The notes below the pieces were generated by a model. It was not told the origin of the DNA. It did not search any database and saw only the letters and a program-made list of their open reading frames with translations. This document shows positions 30,251 through 45,878 of a DNA stretch of 64,000 nucleotides, piece after piece. Source of the DNA: Octopus vulgaris (lineage: Eukaryota); the NCBI GenBank assembly GCA_951406725.2, contig OX597828.1:27466001-27530000 (forward strand). The letters are read 5' to 3'. Each line of letters opens with the position of its first letter. Position 1 is the stretch's first letter. The translations under genes and the position numbers were made by a program.

Positions 30251-31534
30251 TTTTCTAGCATTACAAGTCAATATAATGTTTTTAGTGTAAACATTCAAAC
30301 ATCATCAGTATCTTCCCAAATTTTGCTTCATGTGAAGTTTTTAGTCTTCCACAGAGTTGACCTAATCTTGTTTTCACTGTAAATTTTCATTTGAAAAATT
30401 TGACTTGTCTGCTGGAAAATATGGTAATTTTATAACATACAGCTCCATGTAAAATAAGTTATTAAAAGCTTGTTTGAAAGCTGTTAAAAAATATGTTTAT
30501 CTGTCATATTTCACAGTTAGATAGAATATTTTTAATTGATGAATGAGTGGTCATACCTAACCATTCCAAAGTTAGGCTCCAGATTGTTGAAAATAAATAT
30601 TTTTAATGTTCTGTTTAGATTACAGCTGCACCTATTTAGTTCTTTTGCTTCGCATTTCAATCCGCAACAATCTAAATGCAAATGAGGTATTTGCATGATT
30701 GTGAATGACAATGTTCTGCCAGTTATAGGTAATATCATATCATGCTAGATCTATAATTAATTGAGAGTTGAACGACATTATTGTTTTTCATAATATAATT
30801 ATTGCAAATAAAGGGACATTAAATGAAGAAACAAATAAAAATGAATGGGGAATTTATTTTATTATATTTTAGTTTTAATTGATAAATTTCATTCTTCATG
30901 GATGATTGTGTGTCTTAAGCTTGTTTCACAGTCACATAGTAGAAAACACTTGTCCAGGATGCCTCAGTATTGTATATATTGCATCAGATCAATCAAAACC
31001 TTGTGAATGAATTTGGTACATGGAAACTGAAAGAAGCCCACCATATCAATGTATATATACAAGTATTTATGTGCGTGTCTACTTGTGTCATAGTTGTAAA
31101 GTGTGCATCATCCTCATTTAATCTCTTGTGTTTCCAATCTTCCATGAAAACATGTCTGGCCACAAGGCAGATATTCCCTAGCTTGGAAACAGGTGAGAGC
31201 TGGAGGCAGAAAAAGCATCCACCTACAGAAAATCTTTATCGACGCATTCTATCTGACCTGCGCAAGCCACTACAGGCCCACCACACTGGAACTTATCCTA
31301 GTTTCTCAGACATTGAAGTGAGTCAGATTACAAGACTCCCAAGTGAAGGGAACACCAAACCCCTGCAATTACTGCTACTTAATTTCAGCTTAATGGAATT
31401 GAGGAATGGGAAGTAAAGTGCCTTGCTGAAGGGCATTATATATCATTCAGTCAACAAATGGAACCATTTTAAAAAAATACTATTTTTATTTAAAATACAT
31501 ATTTCTTTTTAAAATGTAAAAAAATTAAGGTTTA

Positions 31535-31856
31535 AGGACAAATGTAGCTGTGTGGTAAGAAGTGTTTTGCAACTTTGAGGTATTGGGTTCTATCTCACTC
31601 AAAGAGTGTCTTTCGCTATTGCCATGGGTCCAACAAAGTGAGAGGATTTAGTAGACAGAAACTGAAATGTATATGTAAGTGACTGTGTGTGTGTGTGTCA
31701 TTGTGTTTGTATCCTACCACCACTTGACAACCAGTGTTGGTTTGTTCACATCCCCTTTGTGGTTCGGCAGGAGATACCAGTGAAGTATGTACTGAGATCT
31801 ATATGTTCAACTAGACCCATCAGCCACTGCACCATGACCAGAACAAGTAAAAAATA
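31535..31856 (+). mobile_element. Degenerate SINE family A
   Basis: tagctgtgtggtaagaag...ggatttagtagacagaaactgaaa...cacttgacaaccagtgttgg. Confidence 0.7.
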
Positions 31857-32829
31857 AGGACCAATTAATTTTATTATGTTGTAAAGTACCACAAAATTCA
31901 AAGATAGAAAATTAAAATAATAATTCTTGACCATATTTAATTTTCCTTGACTGACAGTAACACACATATGGCCCCAATATTGTCGTGTGACAAGTTATTC
32001 ATTCTTCTCACTTTTTCCAACATGATTTTCAAATGAATCAATCGAACAATTATTATTACAACTGTTAATTTTTAACTGTTTCATGAAAATTTCATTTAAA
32101 TTGGTTAACAAGAAATTCACTCATATTTTACGATATGAAGCTGATATAATATGTAAAAATCATAGCAATTTAAGAGTCTATTTTCTACTCTAAAGAATGC
32201 TTGCTCATCTTTTCTGATCAACACACATAAAGCAATAATATAAAAGAATTTGGTATTTTTGTCTTGCCTCCAATTAATACATTAGTATTATTTGCAATAA
32301 GATTGTTTTTTTTCCCTACACAGTACTTGATCAAATACTAAGATATTATTATTACCCAAGTGCCAATGACACTGCGGTTGTCTTTTTTTTTTTTGTTTTG
32401 TTTTTTGTTTTGTTTCTTTATTATCACGCAAGCTAAATATAATAAATTCTGAACACTTAATTAAATTTCTTTTGTTGTTTAAAAGCAACTTTTGAAACAT
32501 ACCTGAATGAATAAAAATAAAAAGAGAAATAAAATTCAATTAACAAAATTAATTGCATTACTAAATTCATTCTTTTATTTAGTTTTATCTTCTCTTTGCT
32601 TCCAAAATTTCTTTCAAATTGCTTCAAACCGGGTACTTGTTGTTAGCTTCCTGTCTTTGAGAATAATCTTCCAGACACATACACACTTACAAACAAACAC
32701 ATACCTGTAATCATGCACAAACAATTGCACACATACACAAACATAATCACACACACGCACATACGCATCTTCATATGTTTAAGAAAGTTTGTATATGAAT
32801 ACATCACTTTTCAGCTGTGTTTGCAAACA

Positions 32830-32860
<31 letters not shown>

Positions 32861-33357
32861 ATGTGTGTCTATATTTTTTATATACACACACAAGCACACT
32901 TATATACACGTGCATGTATGTATAGAATATATATGTACGTATTTATGGATAAGAATACAAACATACAACATACACTCTTCTTGGATCAGATTAAACTATA
33001 GTAATTTGAACTGTCATTTATCTACATCGTATTTATGTGTTTATACACCATTTCCTTCTAGTTTTTCTTTAATTATCTATCTCTCCCCATCAGCCTCTGG
33101 CACAACTTTCTCCCTCTTTTTGTCTCCCTTTCTAACTCTCCCTCTCTGATCTTCAGTCTTCTACCTTTCCATATCAACTCATCCTTGAACTGAACCCTTT
33201 GCCCTTAAATATACTCGCATGGTTCTACTAATTGCTTGATCAAACTGCTATCGTCCCCCATAATCAATCTTGTTATAAAATTTATTTGAGACAATTATCA
33301 TCGATAATGTTGAAGGGCAAGCTTCTTTCTATACTCTGAAAAGCATTAGTAACGGTA

Positions 33358-33358
33358 C

Positions 33359-33438
<80 letters not shown>

Positions 33439-33531
33439 GTGTATGTGTGTATGTATATATATATGTGTGTGTGTATATATATATATATATATGTGTGTAT
33501 GACGTTAAATATGATATGATGTATATATATG

Positions 33532-33562
<31 letters not shown>

Positions 33563-33567
33563 GTATA

Positions 33568-33640
<73 letters not shown>

Positions 33641-33767
33641 GTATATATGTATGTATATATGTATGTATATGTATGTATATATATGTATATATATATGTAT
33701 ATGTATGTGTGTATATGTATGTATGTATATGTATATATATGTATATATATATATGTATATGTGTATG

Positions 33768-33800
<33 letters not shown>

Positions 33801-34180
33801 GTATGTATATATATGTATATGTATATATGTATGTATATATGTATATATTTATGTATATATATATATATATGTATGTATATATATATATGTATATATGTAT
33901 GTATATATATATGTATATATATGTGTATATATATGTATATATATATATGTATGTATATATATATATATGTATATATATGCATATATATATGTATATATAT
34001 ATATTTTATTTTATCTATATATATATGTATATGTGCACACATACATACACATATGTGCATGTATATATATACACACACACACACACGTATATACACATTG
34101 GTTCATATATACAAATATATTTATTCACACACATATATATACACACACACACGCATATACGTACGTGTGTGTGTGTACAA
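33358..34180. repeat. (TA)n/(TATG)n microsatellite field
   Basis: Directly visible. Confidence 0.95.
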
Positions 34181-34800
34181 TATTTGTACTATCTATGTTT
34201 GTGTGTAACCTTTTGTGTAGACCTACACCAAAATAGTGATATTTATAGTCGTAAGTATACTAAAGTCTTCTGGGGTTGGAGTATGTAGTGGTAAATTCTA
34301 GAAAAAAAAGAAGCATGGTGAAAGAAATAAAGAAAGAAATTGCATCAGAATTCAGATTCAAGCAAGCAAAGAGAAAGTATAATGTAAATCTGTAGTGACA
34401 GTAAAAATGAGAAAGAGCAACACACACTACCCTTTGTTAAAACAACTTATTTTAACTGCATAAAATCCAATTAGTAAAATGCATCCATGGAGCAAAGATG
34501 ATTTGCCTCAGACTCTGTTGTTTTATTTATTTATTTATTTTGTGTGTGTGTGTGCTTTTTGCTTTTTTTAAATGCAACTATTCTGATACGAAAGAGAAAC
34601 GAACCTTGAAAGTTAATAAGAATTTGTGTTGAATATATCAACCACTAATTTAATTGGCAGACTGGGGGGCAGAAAATTTTTATGTTTCATATGCGTATGA
34701 GAATATCTTTGAATGATTGAAGTGTGTGCATGAACACACACACATATATGGGGAATACATGCATATGTGTGTACGTGTATATATATGTATATATATATGA

Positions 34801-35026
34801 AGGTGGCAAGCTGGCAGAAGCATTAGCACGCCGGGCGAAATGCTTGGCGGTATTTCGTTTGCCATTATGTTCTGAGTTCAAATTACGCCAAGGTCGACTT
34901 TACTTTTCATCCTTCCAGGGTCGATGAAATAAGTACCAGTTACATACTGGGGTCGATGTAATCAACTTAACCCTTTTGTCTTTCTTTGTTTGCCCCTTCT
35001 ATGTTTAACCCTCTGTGGGCAATAAA

Positions 35027-35029
<3 letters not shown>
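34801..35029 (+). mobile_element. Full-length SINE family B
   Basis: aggtggcaagctggcagaagcattagcacgccgggcg...gagttcaaatt...ggcaataaagaa. Confidence 0.9.
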
Positions 35030-35057
<28 letters not shown>

Positions 35058-35163
35058 CTCACACACACACACATATATGATTTACATGTATGCATATTAG
35101 TTTGTATGTTTATTTATATCTATGTGTCTGTATACTTTTAATATACATATGTGGGTATGTGCT

Positions 35164-35195
<32 letters not shown>

Positions 35196-35566
35196 GATAT
35201 GTGTGTGTTTGTGTACATATATATGTATATGGCTACGTGCATTTGTGTTGTGTATTTTTATCTGCACACAATAACAAGAAAGCACAAGTATGTCTGCACA
35301 TTTAAAAAGTTTCCTCTTGCAGCTTTGTGGTGTTGGCTTCAGCCCCACAGTGAAGCATTTAATAGAAAATCATGCAGCCTCAGTCTCACCAACGTGTTGC
35401 AAATGAATTTGGTTCACAGAAACTGTACAAAGCCTGCCATACATATACATATAGACATACACACACACACAAACACACACACACATACATATATACATAT
35501 ATATATACATATATATATAAACTTATATATAAACTATATATAAACTTATATATAAACTATATATAT

Positions 35567-35631
35567 AAACTTAGAATATCTTAGAAAGGTTTTGGCCAGC
35601 ATTGGCCCGGTCCATGTCTAACTTAATAGCA

Positions 35632-35683
<52 letters not shown>

Positions 35684-35748
35684 TGCTATTAAGTCAGACA
35701 TGGACCGGGCCAATGCTGGCCAAAACTTTTCTAAGTTATTCTAAGTTT
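35567..35748. repeat. Palindrome: 67-bp inverted arms around (TA)n
   Basis: 35567-35633 is the reverse complement of 35682-35748 with three mismatches. Confidence 0.95.
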
Positions 35749-36199
35749 TTTCGCACATATAAAAGGTGTGGGTTTGAGTCCCATGCATAGAGAAGACCCA
35801 CTTTTTTTCCATCAAGGGCTTCTATGCCCCGGTACTAGTCATATATTGGTGATTGCTTATAAGTGTTAAGCTTATAAGAATTACTATTATTTCCAGAATA
35901 TATATGTATATATATATATATATATATAAGATCATAGATGCTCAACAGCAATAATGGTGATGATGATGACGATGACAAAGATTACATAATGACAATTTTT
36001 AATGGGTATGTGTAAAGTACATGCAGGATAACAACAATGTGCAGGATACACCAATACATTGAATGTAGCGAGTGTGAGTGAATTTTTATGTCAAATATAC
36101 TATTTAGTACATCTTTTTATGTGAAACGGCTTCAATGACAAAGGTTTATTGATATACAAACCAGCAAATGCACTTACATTATATATGTATATATATATG

Positions 36200-36232
<33 letters not shown>

Positions 36233-36235
36233 TAA

Positions 36236-36279
<44 letters not shown>

Positions 36280-36350
36280 GTATACATAGAAATAGATAGA
36301 TATATGTATATATACATGCAGATATAGATATGTGTATGTACATATATACA

Positions 36351-36408
<58 letters not shown>

Positions 36409-36583
36409 TATATATATGATACATATATATATCTATGCATATATATATATATGATATATGATATATGATATATATATGATATAAATATATACACATATAT
36501 ATATATGTACACATGTATGTATGCATATATATATATAAATATACACATGTATGTATATGTATTTATAAATAAATATATAAGTG

Positions 36584-37791
<1,208 letters not shown>

Positions 37792-37810
37792 TATATATAT
37801 ATATACATAT

Positions 37811-38199
37811 ACTCTTTGACTCATTTCAGTCATTTGGTTGTGGCCATGCTGGAGCACTGCCTTTAGTTGAGCAAATCAGCCCCAGGACGTATTCTTTGTA
37901 AGCCTAGTACTTATTCTATTGGCCTCTTTTGCCGAACCGCTAAGTTACAGGGGTGTAAACACACCAGCATCAGTTGTCAAGCGATGCTGGGGGGACAAAC
38001 ACAGATACACAAACATATACACACACACACACATACTTATACATAAATATACATATATACGATGGGCTTCTTTCAGTTTCCGTCTACCAAATCCACTCAC
38101 GAGGCTATAGTAGAAGAAACTTGCCCATGGTTTCACGCAGTGGGACTGAACACAGAACTATGTGGTTCATAAGCAAGCTACTTACCACACAGCCACTCC
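37811..38199 (-). mobile_element. SINE family A
   Basis: Matches 11146-11551 with a short deletion near 38100. Confidence 0.9.
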
Positions 38200-38249
38200 T
38201 ATATATAAATATATATGCATACATGTATGCATATGTATGTATATGTGTG

Positions 38250-38289
<40 letters not shown>

Positions 38290-38292
<3 letters not shown>

Positions 38293-38396
38293 AGAATTCA
38301 CAAAAAATCAAAAGATGAAGATGTATTAGTTTAATGCTCGGGAAGTGAAAAAGTATTTAACGTTTCGAGCCTATGCTCTTCCAGAGAAAAGAACAC
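38290..38396 (-). mobile_element. Repeat family P copy
   Basis: Minus strand ctctggaagagcataggctcgaaacgtt...gaattctccc followed by (TA)n. Confidence 0.7.
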
Positions 38397-39516
38397 TATT
38401 AACTACTTCTAATTTTCCCCGCTGTCATGTGATGGAATCTTTGGTGTTTTTTGTCCCTGTGCATCTGCGACATACAAAAACTATCTTCCTGGTTATCCTT
38501 CCTTTTGATATTACTGCACCTTTTATGTGTCCATAGCTTATACCGGGTACATCCTATGGAGTATCTACTTACACATTTTCTATAGATGAAGCAGGGCCAT
38601 CTACCTGAAGGTGTTTGGGATTTGCCTGCCTTCCTACTTACTAGGACTTTGGTTATTTGGTAGGTTGATTCTAAGGCCCTTTGATTCTAGCCTTTGCTTC
38701 CACACCCTAAACTTCACCTCTAGTTCTGATAATGACTCAGCTATTAGAGCAAGGTCATCAGCATAGAGGAGCTCCCAGGGGCAGCCTGTCTTCAATTCAT
38801 TTATTATTGTCTGCAGGACTATGATGAATAAGAGATGGCTGAAGATTGATCCTCTTCTACCTCTACTTTTACCTGGAATTCTTCACTGTACTCATTGCCA
38901 ACTCACACCTTACTGACAGCATCCCTGTACAGGGCTCTTACCAACCACTCGTTTATCCCTAGTTTCCACATTGACCACCAGATAAGGGATCAGGAGACCT
39001 TGTCAAGGGCTTTCTCCATGTCAACAAAAGCCAAGAACATAGGTTTATCTTTGGCTAGGTATTTTTTCTGCAGTTGCCTTACCAGAAATATAAGTATTAG
39101 TGGCACTTCTACCTGGCACAAAACCAAACTGCATCTCATCTAAATTAACATTCTCCCTAATTAGTTGTACTATGACCCGCTCCATGACTTTCATCACTTG
39201 ATCCAATGGTTTGATACCCCTGTAGTTATTTCTATCTAAAGCATCACCTTTACTTTTCTAGCAGTTGACTATTGTGCTGCTACACCAGTCCTTGGGTATG
39301 ACTCTTTCATGAACTGCCTGATTTACGATGCAGATAACCAGACCATTACCTACACTCCCTAATATTTTAAGCATCTCAGCAGTGATTCCTGATGGGTCAG
39401 GTGCTTTCCCTGTCTTCATATTCTTAATTGCTTTATCTACCAGTGTACTGTCGATTCAGGTAGCTGCTCCCTCAATTGGGTCAACCTATGGCATAATCTT
39501 CTCCCATTCAATCTCC
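38397..39516 (-). mobile_element. Degenerate RTE-clade LINE reverse transcriptase fragment
   Basis: Minus-strand translation: KAIKNMKTGKAPDPSGITAEMLK, NNYRGIK, MQFGFVPGRS, FLAFVDMEKALDKV, PWELLYADDLALIAES, LESKGLRIN; in-frame stops and frameshifts present. Confidence 0.95.
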
Positions 39517-39629
39517 ACACACATACATATATGTATATATATTGATGTTGATGATGATAAATATGTGTGTGTGTGTGCATGTATGTGCGCGATACTAATT
39601 TAATAGTATATTTATTCCACACCAAGTGG

Positions 39630-39677
<48 letters not shown>

Positions 39678-39888
39678 AAATTAAAAAATAACTGAGACAA
39701 CAAAAGTATTAAATACATTTAATTCATTAATACGAACAATTGTCAAATCTGTATTTTTGTTATTTTTTATTTGCCCTGTATGTGAGCTAACAGTCGTACT
39801 GGCTTTCATGGGAAAACATGTATCTTCGTGGTTGAAACCTTTTGGATTAACTGGTGCTAGAGTGATTAATATAGTGACCACTCTCTTA

Positions 39889-39919
<31 letters not shown>

Positions 39920-39920
<1 letters not shown>

Positions 39921-40055
39921 TGAAATTTACTGAGAAACAAAAGACTAAGACTGGTGTATGAACCACAAGTAGGTGTATTTTTTTGATGCTTGGGAAAGTG
40001 AGAAAGTCTTTTATGTTTCGAGCCTATGCTCTTTATAGGAGAAAAAATGGGATTC
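39920..40055 (-). mobile_element. Repeat family P copy, diverged
   Basis: Minus strand aagagcataggctcgaaacataaaagactttctcac; abuts (TA)n. Confidence 0.65.
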
Positions 40056-40289
40056 AAAAGTCCTGGCAGATATCAAGTAAGCACTCAGTATAACAGAATA
40101 TAGTTAAATTTCCAACAAGTAGATACCGGTAATTGTATGCAGAATACAAATCCCAGGTAAATCCAACAATTATTATGCATAATATTAAGAAATTCTGAGT
40201 ATTTAACCAGTAATATGTTGGAAGAAAATCATGTCTCTATTTTAGATTACACCTCAAAAATCCAACAACTGTTTCAATTTCATAAACAT

Positions 40290-40348
<59 letters not shown>

Positions 40349-40855
40349 TATACATACACACACACATACATACATACATTTACACACACACACATATACA
40401 CAATATTATTAAACTTAATAATATCTACAAAAATTTGTCACCACAACACTATCAAGGTAATCCAACTTGGTGAAATTCCAAGTGAACATCTGAAAAAATT
40501 TTGGTTGTTAAAAAACTCTAAAAAAAGAAACGCCAAATCAAATTTAACTTTAGACATCCATTCATTCAACCAAGAACGACATCATTGAATAACGAATTCA
40601 CTTTATAAAAATAGAAGATAAAAAATGCCATACTAATTCTTTATCTTTCAACAATTTGAAATCTACATAGAAATGTAATCTAAAAAAAAAAAAATAATCT
40701 AAGAAAGTAACCTAAAAAATGACCTAAAAAATTATTATATTTATATACAATTATTGATGATGTCACTGGACAACTAACGAAGAAATGCTACAGACAAAAA
40801 TTCTATGTTATGCTTAATAGATAACTAAAGAGTAAAAACTACTCATAATAGTCCT

Positions 40856-41013
40856 ATCATCATCATCATCATCATCACCATTTAGCGTCCGCTTTCCATG
40901 CTAGCATGAGTTGGATGGTTCAACTGGGGTCTGGGAAGCCAGAAGGCTGCATCAGGCCCAGTCTGATCTGGCAATGTTTCTACGGCTGGATGCCCTTCCT
41001 AACGCCAACCACT
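40856..41013 (-). mobile_element. RTE 3' end
   Basis: (cat)n ttagcgtccgctttccatgctagc...ggatgcccttcctaacgccaaccac. Confidence 0.85.
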
Positions 41014-41087
41014 CTTATGTAACGCTAAATATTATGTGTGTGTGTTTATATATATATGTGTATATGTTTGTATATATGTGTATATAT

Positions 41088-41495
41088 TCTTTTATTTGTT
41101 TCAGTTGTTTGACTACAGCCATGCTGGAGTGCCCCCTTTAGTCGAACAAATCAACCTCAGGACTTATTCATTGCAAAGTCTAGCCTAGTACTTATTCTAT
41201 CAGGCTCTTTTGCCAATCCACTAAGTTATAGGGATGTAAACACCCCAACATTGATTGCCAAGCGATGGTAGAGAGGCAAACGCAGACACACACACATACA
41301 CACACACACACACGCGCATACACACACACACACACACATATATATAAGATGAGCTTCTTTCAGTTTCCTTCTACCAAATCCACTCACAAGGCTTTGATCA
41401 GCCCGGGGCTATAATAGAATACACTTGCTCTAGGTGCCACACAGTGTAACTGAACCCAGAACCATGTGGTTGGTAAGCAAGCTACTTACCACACA
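41088..41495 (-). mobile_element. SINE family A
   Basis: gtttcagttgtttgactacagccatgctggag...gaaccatgtggttggtaagcaagctacttaccac. Confidence 0.88.
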
Positions 41496-41659
41496 CATAT
41501 ATATATATATATGTTAATTCCACATCAGATGCCATGATGATTCTAGGGTGCAGTTACAGGGGGTGGTCAAACTTTGCATAAGGAGTGGACAACCACCATA
41601 TGTTAATGCAAGTGTACCAATTGTTGGTATATATACATTTGTGTGTGTGTGTGTGTATA

Positions 41660-42140
41660 AAAAATGCAAAATGGGACAAGAACGCAAAACATACAGACAG
41701 TTAGGTGATACAAAAACGGGACAAGAAAATATCCAGATAGACAATACAAATAACAAGGATGGGTCATTTGTAGTTTTCTTTCCTCAGTCGAGTTCCAGAT
41801 TATCTTTGCAATTTCGGCTGGTTAAACTCAAGATTGCTCCAATCTGGCCAGCTCCAAGGAAACATTAAGCGAAGAGCATTAGGTTCCTTGGAAGAAAGCA
41901 GCGACTTCTTTTCTTTGTTTCTTCCAAGGAACCTAATGCTCTTCGCTTAATTTTTCCTTGGAGCAATTTCGAGTATAACCAGCCAAAATTGCAAAGATAA
42001 TCTGGAACTCAACCGAGGAAAGAAACCTCCAAATGATCCGTCCTTGTTTTCTTTGCATTGTCTATCTGGATGTTTTGTTATCCCTTTTTTGTATCACCTA
42101 ACTCTCTGGATGATTTGCATTCTTGTCCCATTTTGTATTT
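41660..42140. repeat. Long fold-back element (arms of about 225-240 bp, 20-nt loop) flanked by microsatellites
   Basis: 41660-41897 is the reverse complement of 41918-42140; the inner 47 bp differ at only one position. Confidence 0.92.
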
Positions 42141-42199
42141 CATATATATATATATATCTGTGTGTGTGTAGCAGCGTATGTACACTTTGGTCTGTTATA

Positions 42200-42767
<568 letters not shown>

Positions 42768-44210
42768 CACAATCACTCATATATATAATGTCCTTTTAGC
42801 CTTGTTACTCAGAAAACTAATCAAATGTGTTGTCATTAGAGAATTCACTCAGTCAACTCTGTGCAATGTTTCAAAGTAGGAAGGACATCCATCTGTAGAA
42901 ACCAAGCCATGTAACACACACAAACCCACTAAATGGTTGGAAGAGGGTCTCTCAATAATTACTGACTCAGGTGTGAACTATTCACCTAGTCTTTACTAAA
43001 AACAGATGTGTAATGAGGTAGCTCACAACTCTGATGACAATTACACTGATGATGATGCTGGTGCTAGCAGCTGCCGTGACTGTTCACTTTCTCCAGTCAA
43101 CCAAAGTCCTGTCTTTGATAGAAGTTTGTATTTATTAAACTCCAGTTTATGCTGTGAAGCAGTTTTTCCAAGATGCTGTGCATAGGTATTGAACTTGTAA
43201 CCATACGGTTCTGAAACAAAAATTCTTAATCACTCAACTATGCCTATGTTCTATGTTCATCAGTTTTTTGTTTTTTATGTTTATGTCATTGGACTATGGG
43301 TCATGTTCAGGCACTGCCTTCATCATCATCATCATCATCATCATCCTGTGTTTTAAATCCAGGTTTTGTCCCCTGTCAACTGAGGTAGGCAGGTGCAGCT
43401 TACTCCAACCTTTGGGCTGGCTGGTGCCCATTGTCCTTTGCTATCATGAGGCTTTTTTAGAGCTGGATTTTCTACAGGGAGCATGCTCTTGCTTACCCCC
43501 CAACCTCAGCTGCTATACATGAGTGGTCCCAAGACCAAAGCCTCTACCACGACTTTTAAGAAATGTGGTGGAAAACTAGCTTAGGAGGGCTGGGACTCTT
43601 CTCCCTGAGACCCCTTTCAGAGCCCCCTTTTCAGAGTGTTTAATTGAATAAGTTACCCCACGCCCAATACTTATTTTTGAAAAGTATTGTACTTATTCTT
43701 TCAGTCTCTTATGTGGAACTCCAAAGTTTTGGGGGATGTAAACAAACCATTCCTGGTTGTCACGTGGTGGTGGCTTACAAAAACAGTTGTAAAGACACAC
43801 ATGTATGCATGTATGTATATACATACATGCATACACTTCTCAACTACACAGTCATTGCTTATTCATTGAATTTTTCTTTTTCTACTTTATCAACTTATTC
43901 AGTGATGAAGAAATTCTGATAAAATGTGTGTGCAGGAATTCTTCAAGTTGAATCTAAGATAAATGCAGAGAACTCCTTTTTTGTGTGTGTTAAAGACATA
44001 TTTTTGAAATGCCTAGGCTGTCATAAATCCACCTATTGCAGCCCCTTTTTAAAATTACAACATCACTCATTGTCCCTTTCTTGTTTTACTGTTTCTCTGT
44101 CTCTTTCACTTAAAAAAAAACTTGTAAAAATGAATGTGTATAGTATCTAAAATGTGTGTGTCTGTGTATACACACATGCATACACAGGCTATTGTCTGAT
44201 GCCTGTGATA

Positions 44211-44286
44211 TAGGTGAGTGTATATGTATGTATATATATATACACACACACCTACATGTAAATATGTGTTTATATAAACACAGCAA

Positions 44287-44327
<41 letters not shown>

Positions 44328-44400
44328 TACATATACACTCACCTACACAGTAAATATATATATGTTTACTGTGTTTATATAAACACATATTTACATGTAG

Positions 44401-44425
<25 letters not shown>
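44211..44425. repeat. Overlapping inverted repeats in microsatellite DNA
   Basis: 44241-44287 pairs with about 44364-44411; 44211-44231 pairs with 44325-44345. Confidence 0.85.
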
Positions 44426-44431
<6 letters not shown>

Positions 44432-45639
44432 ACATTGTAAAGACACATATATAAGCACAGTGTAAACATATATATAAACACTGTAAATGTGTGTGTGTGT
44501 GCAGTGTTTGATAAACATTGCACACATACAGATGTACATAAAACATGTAATGTTTCATCACTCTCATCATTGTTGTTGATGATCTTTTCTCTTAACTTTT
44601 GTATTTTCACTTCACTTTCGTGATTTTGTTGAAATGTAATTTTGGTAAAAAGAGACAGAAAAAAAAAATACACCCTACATGCATAAGAAAAAAAGATGGT
44701 TGTGTATAAAGTTGAATGCCAGAAAAAAAAAAAAAAAAAAAAAACAGAAAAAAATGAAATTATATCAATATTTTTTTAATGTTAAGTATTGAAGTGAAAG
44801 GAGAGAGTCTACACAAACTGAATATTAAAAAAAAAAAAATATTAAAGAAAAAATTTGTAACAAAAAGATAGACAATGCGCATGCAAACGGGAGATATGAA
44901 ATAAGGAACATAGTTTCCATTGCATATGTACATGTGCAATAACTCCAAGAACAACACTATGAGATATAAGTCTTGCAATGTTCTCAGATATCAGCTGACA
45001 GGCATAAGGAAGTTCTTGGTGTTACGGTGGCCTCTTCCATTTTTATCCCATGGAAAAATATATTGTGAAAAGTTGATGGTTCTAAAAATCTTTTTGACAA
45101 AACAAGCTTTTTTTTCTTTTTTTTTTTCCCCCATTCCATTTCTGTTATCCCTCCCTCTCTGTCTTCCTCTTTCTCTCTGTCTCCTTCATTCCCTTTTTCT
45201 CTTTGTATATATGTGTGTTTATACATACATGCATACATACATACATATATACATACATATATATACATAAAACCTATCTTCTCCTTTCTATTTCATTTTC
45301 ATTTCCCCATTTATTTTTCAACAAAATATTTTTTTCTTTTTCAAATTTATTCATTTAATTAACATTTTTTTTTTTTTTTTTTGCTGTGCCTTTTTTTCAT
45401 TTACTTTCTCTCTGCTATCGTATCTCTGTGAACCTATGTTTGTTGGGGTCTCAACATGCGCACTTTGTCTGCGTATACATGTGTGTGTGTGTATGAATAT
45501 ATGTGTGAGTAATTATTTGTGAATCTACATATGTACACACACATATATACATAGTCATATGTGTGTGCATATAATAATCATGTGTGTGTATATATATATT
45601 AACAAGCATGCATCTCTCTCTCTCGCTATATATATATAT

Positions 45640-45728
<89 letters not shown>

Positions 45729-45798
45729 CGTGTGTGTGTATATATGTGTGTATATATATGTGTGTATATATATATGTGTATATATATGTGTGTATATA

Positions 45799-45878
<80 letters not shown>

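Noticed and set aside
40060-40850. Possible Penelope GIY-YIG remnant next to the family P copy
   Set aside because: Too decayed to read diagnostic motifs; it needs a tblastx or HMM search.
41783-41860. Type II hammerhead in the fold-back arm (minus strand GAAA...CTGAGGA)
   Set aside because: Stems I, II and III could not be paired convincingly; the same holds for GAAA...CTGATGA near 52578-52615.
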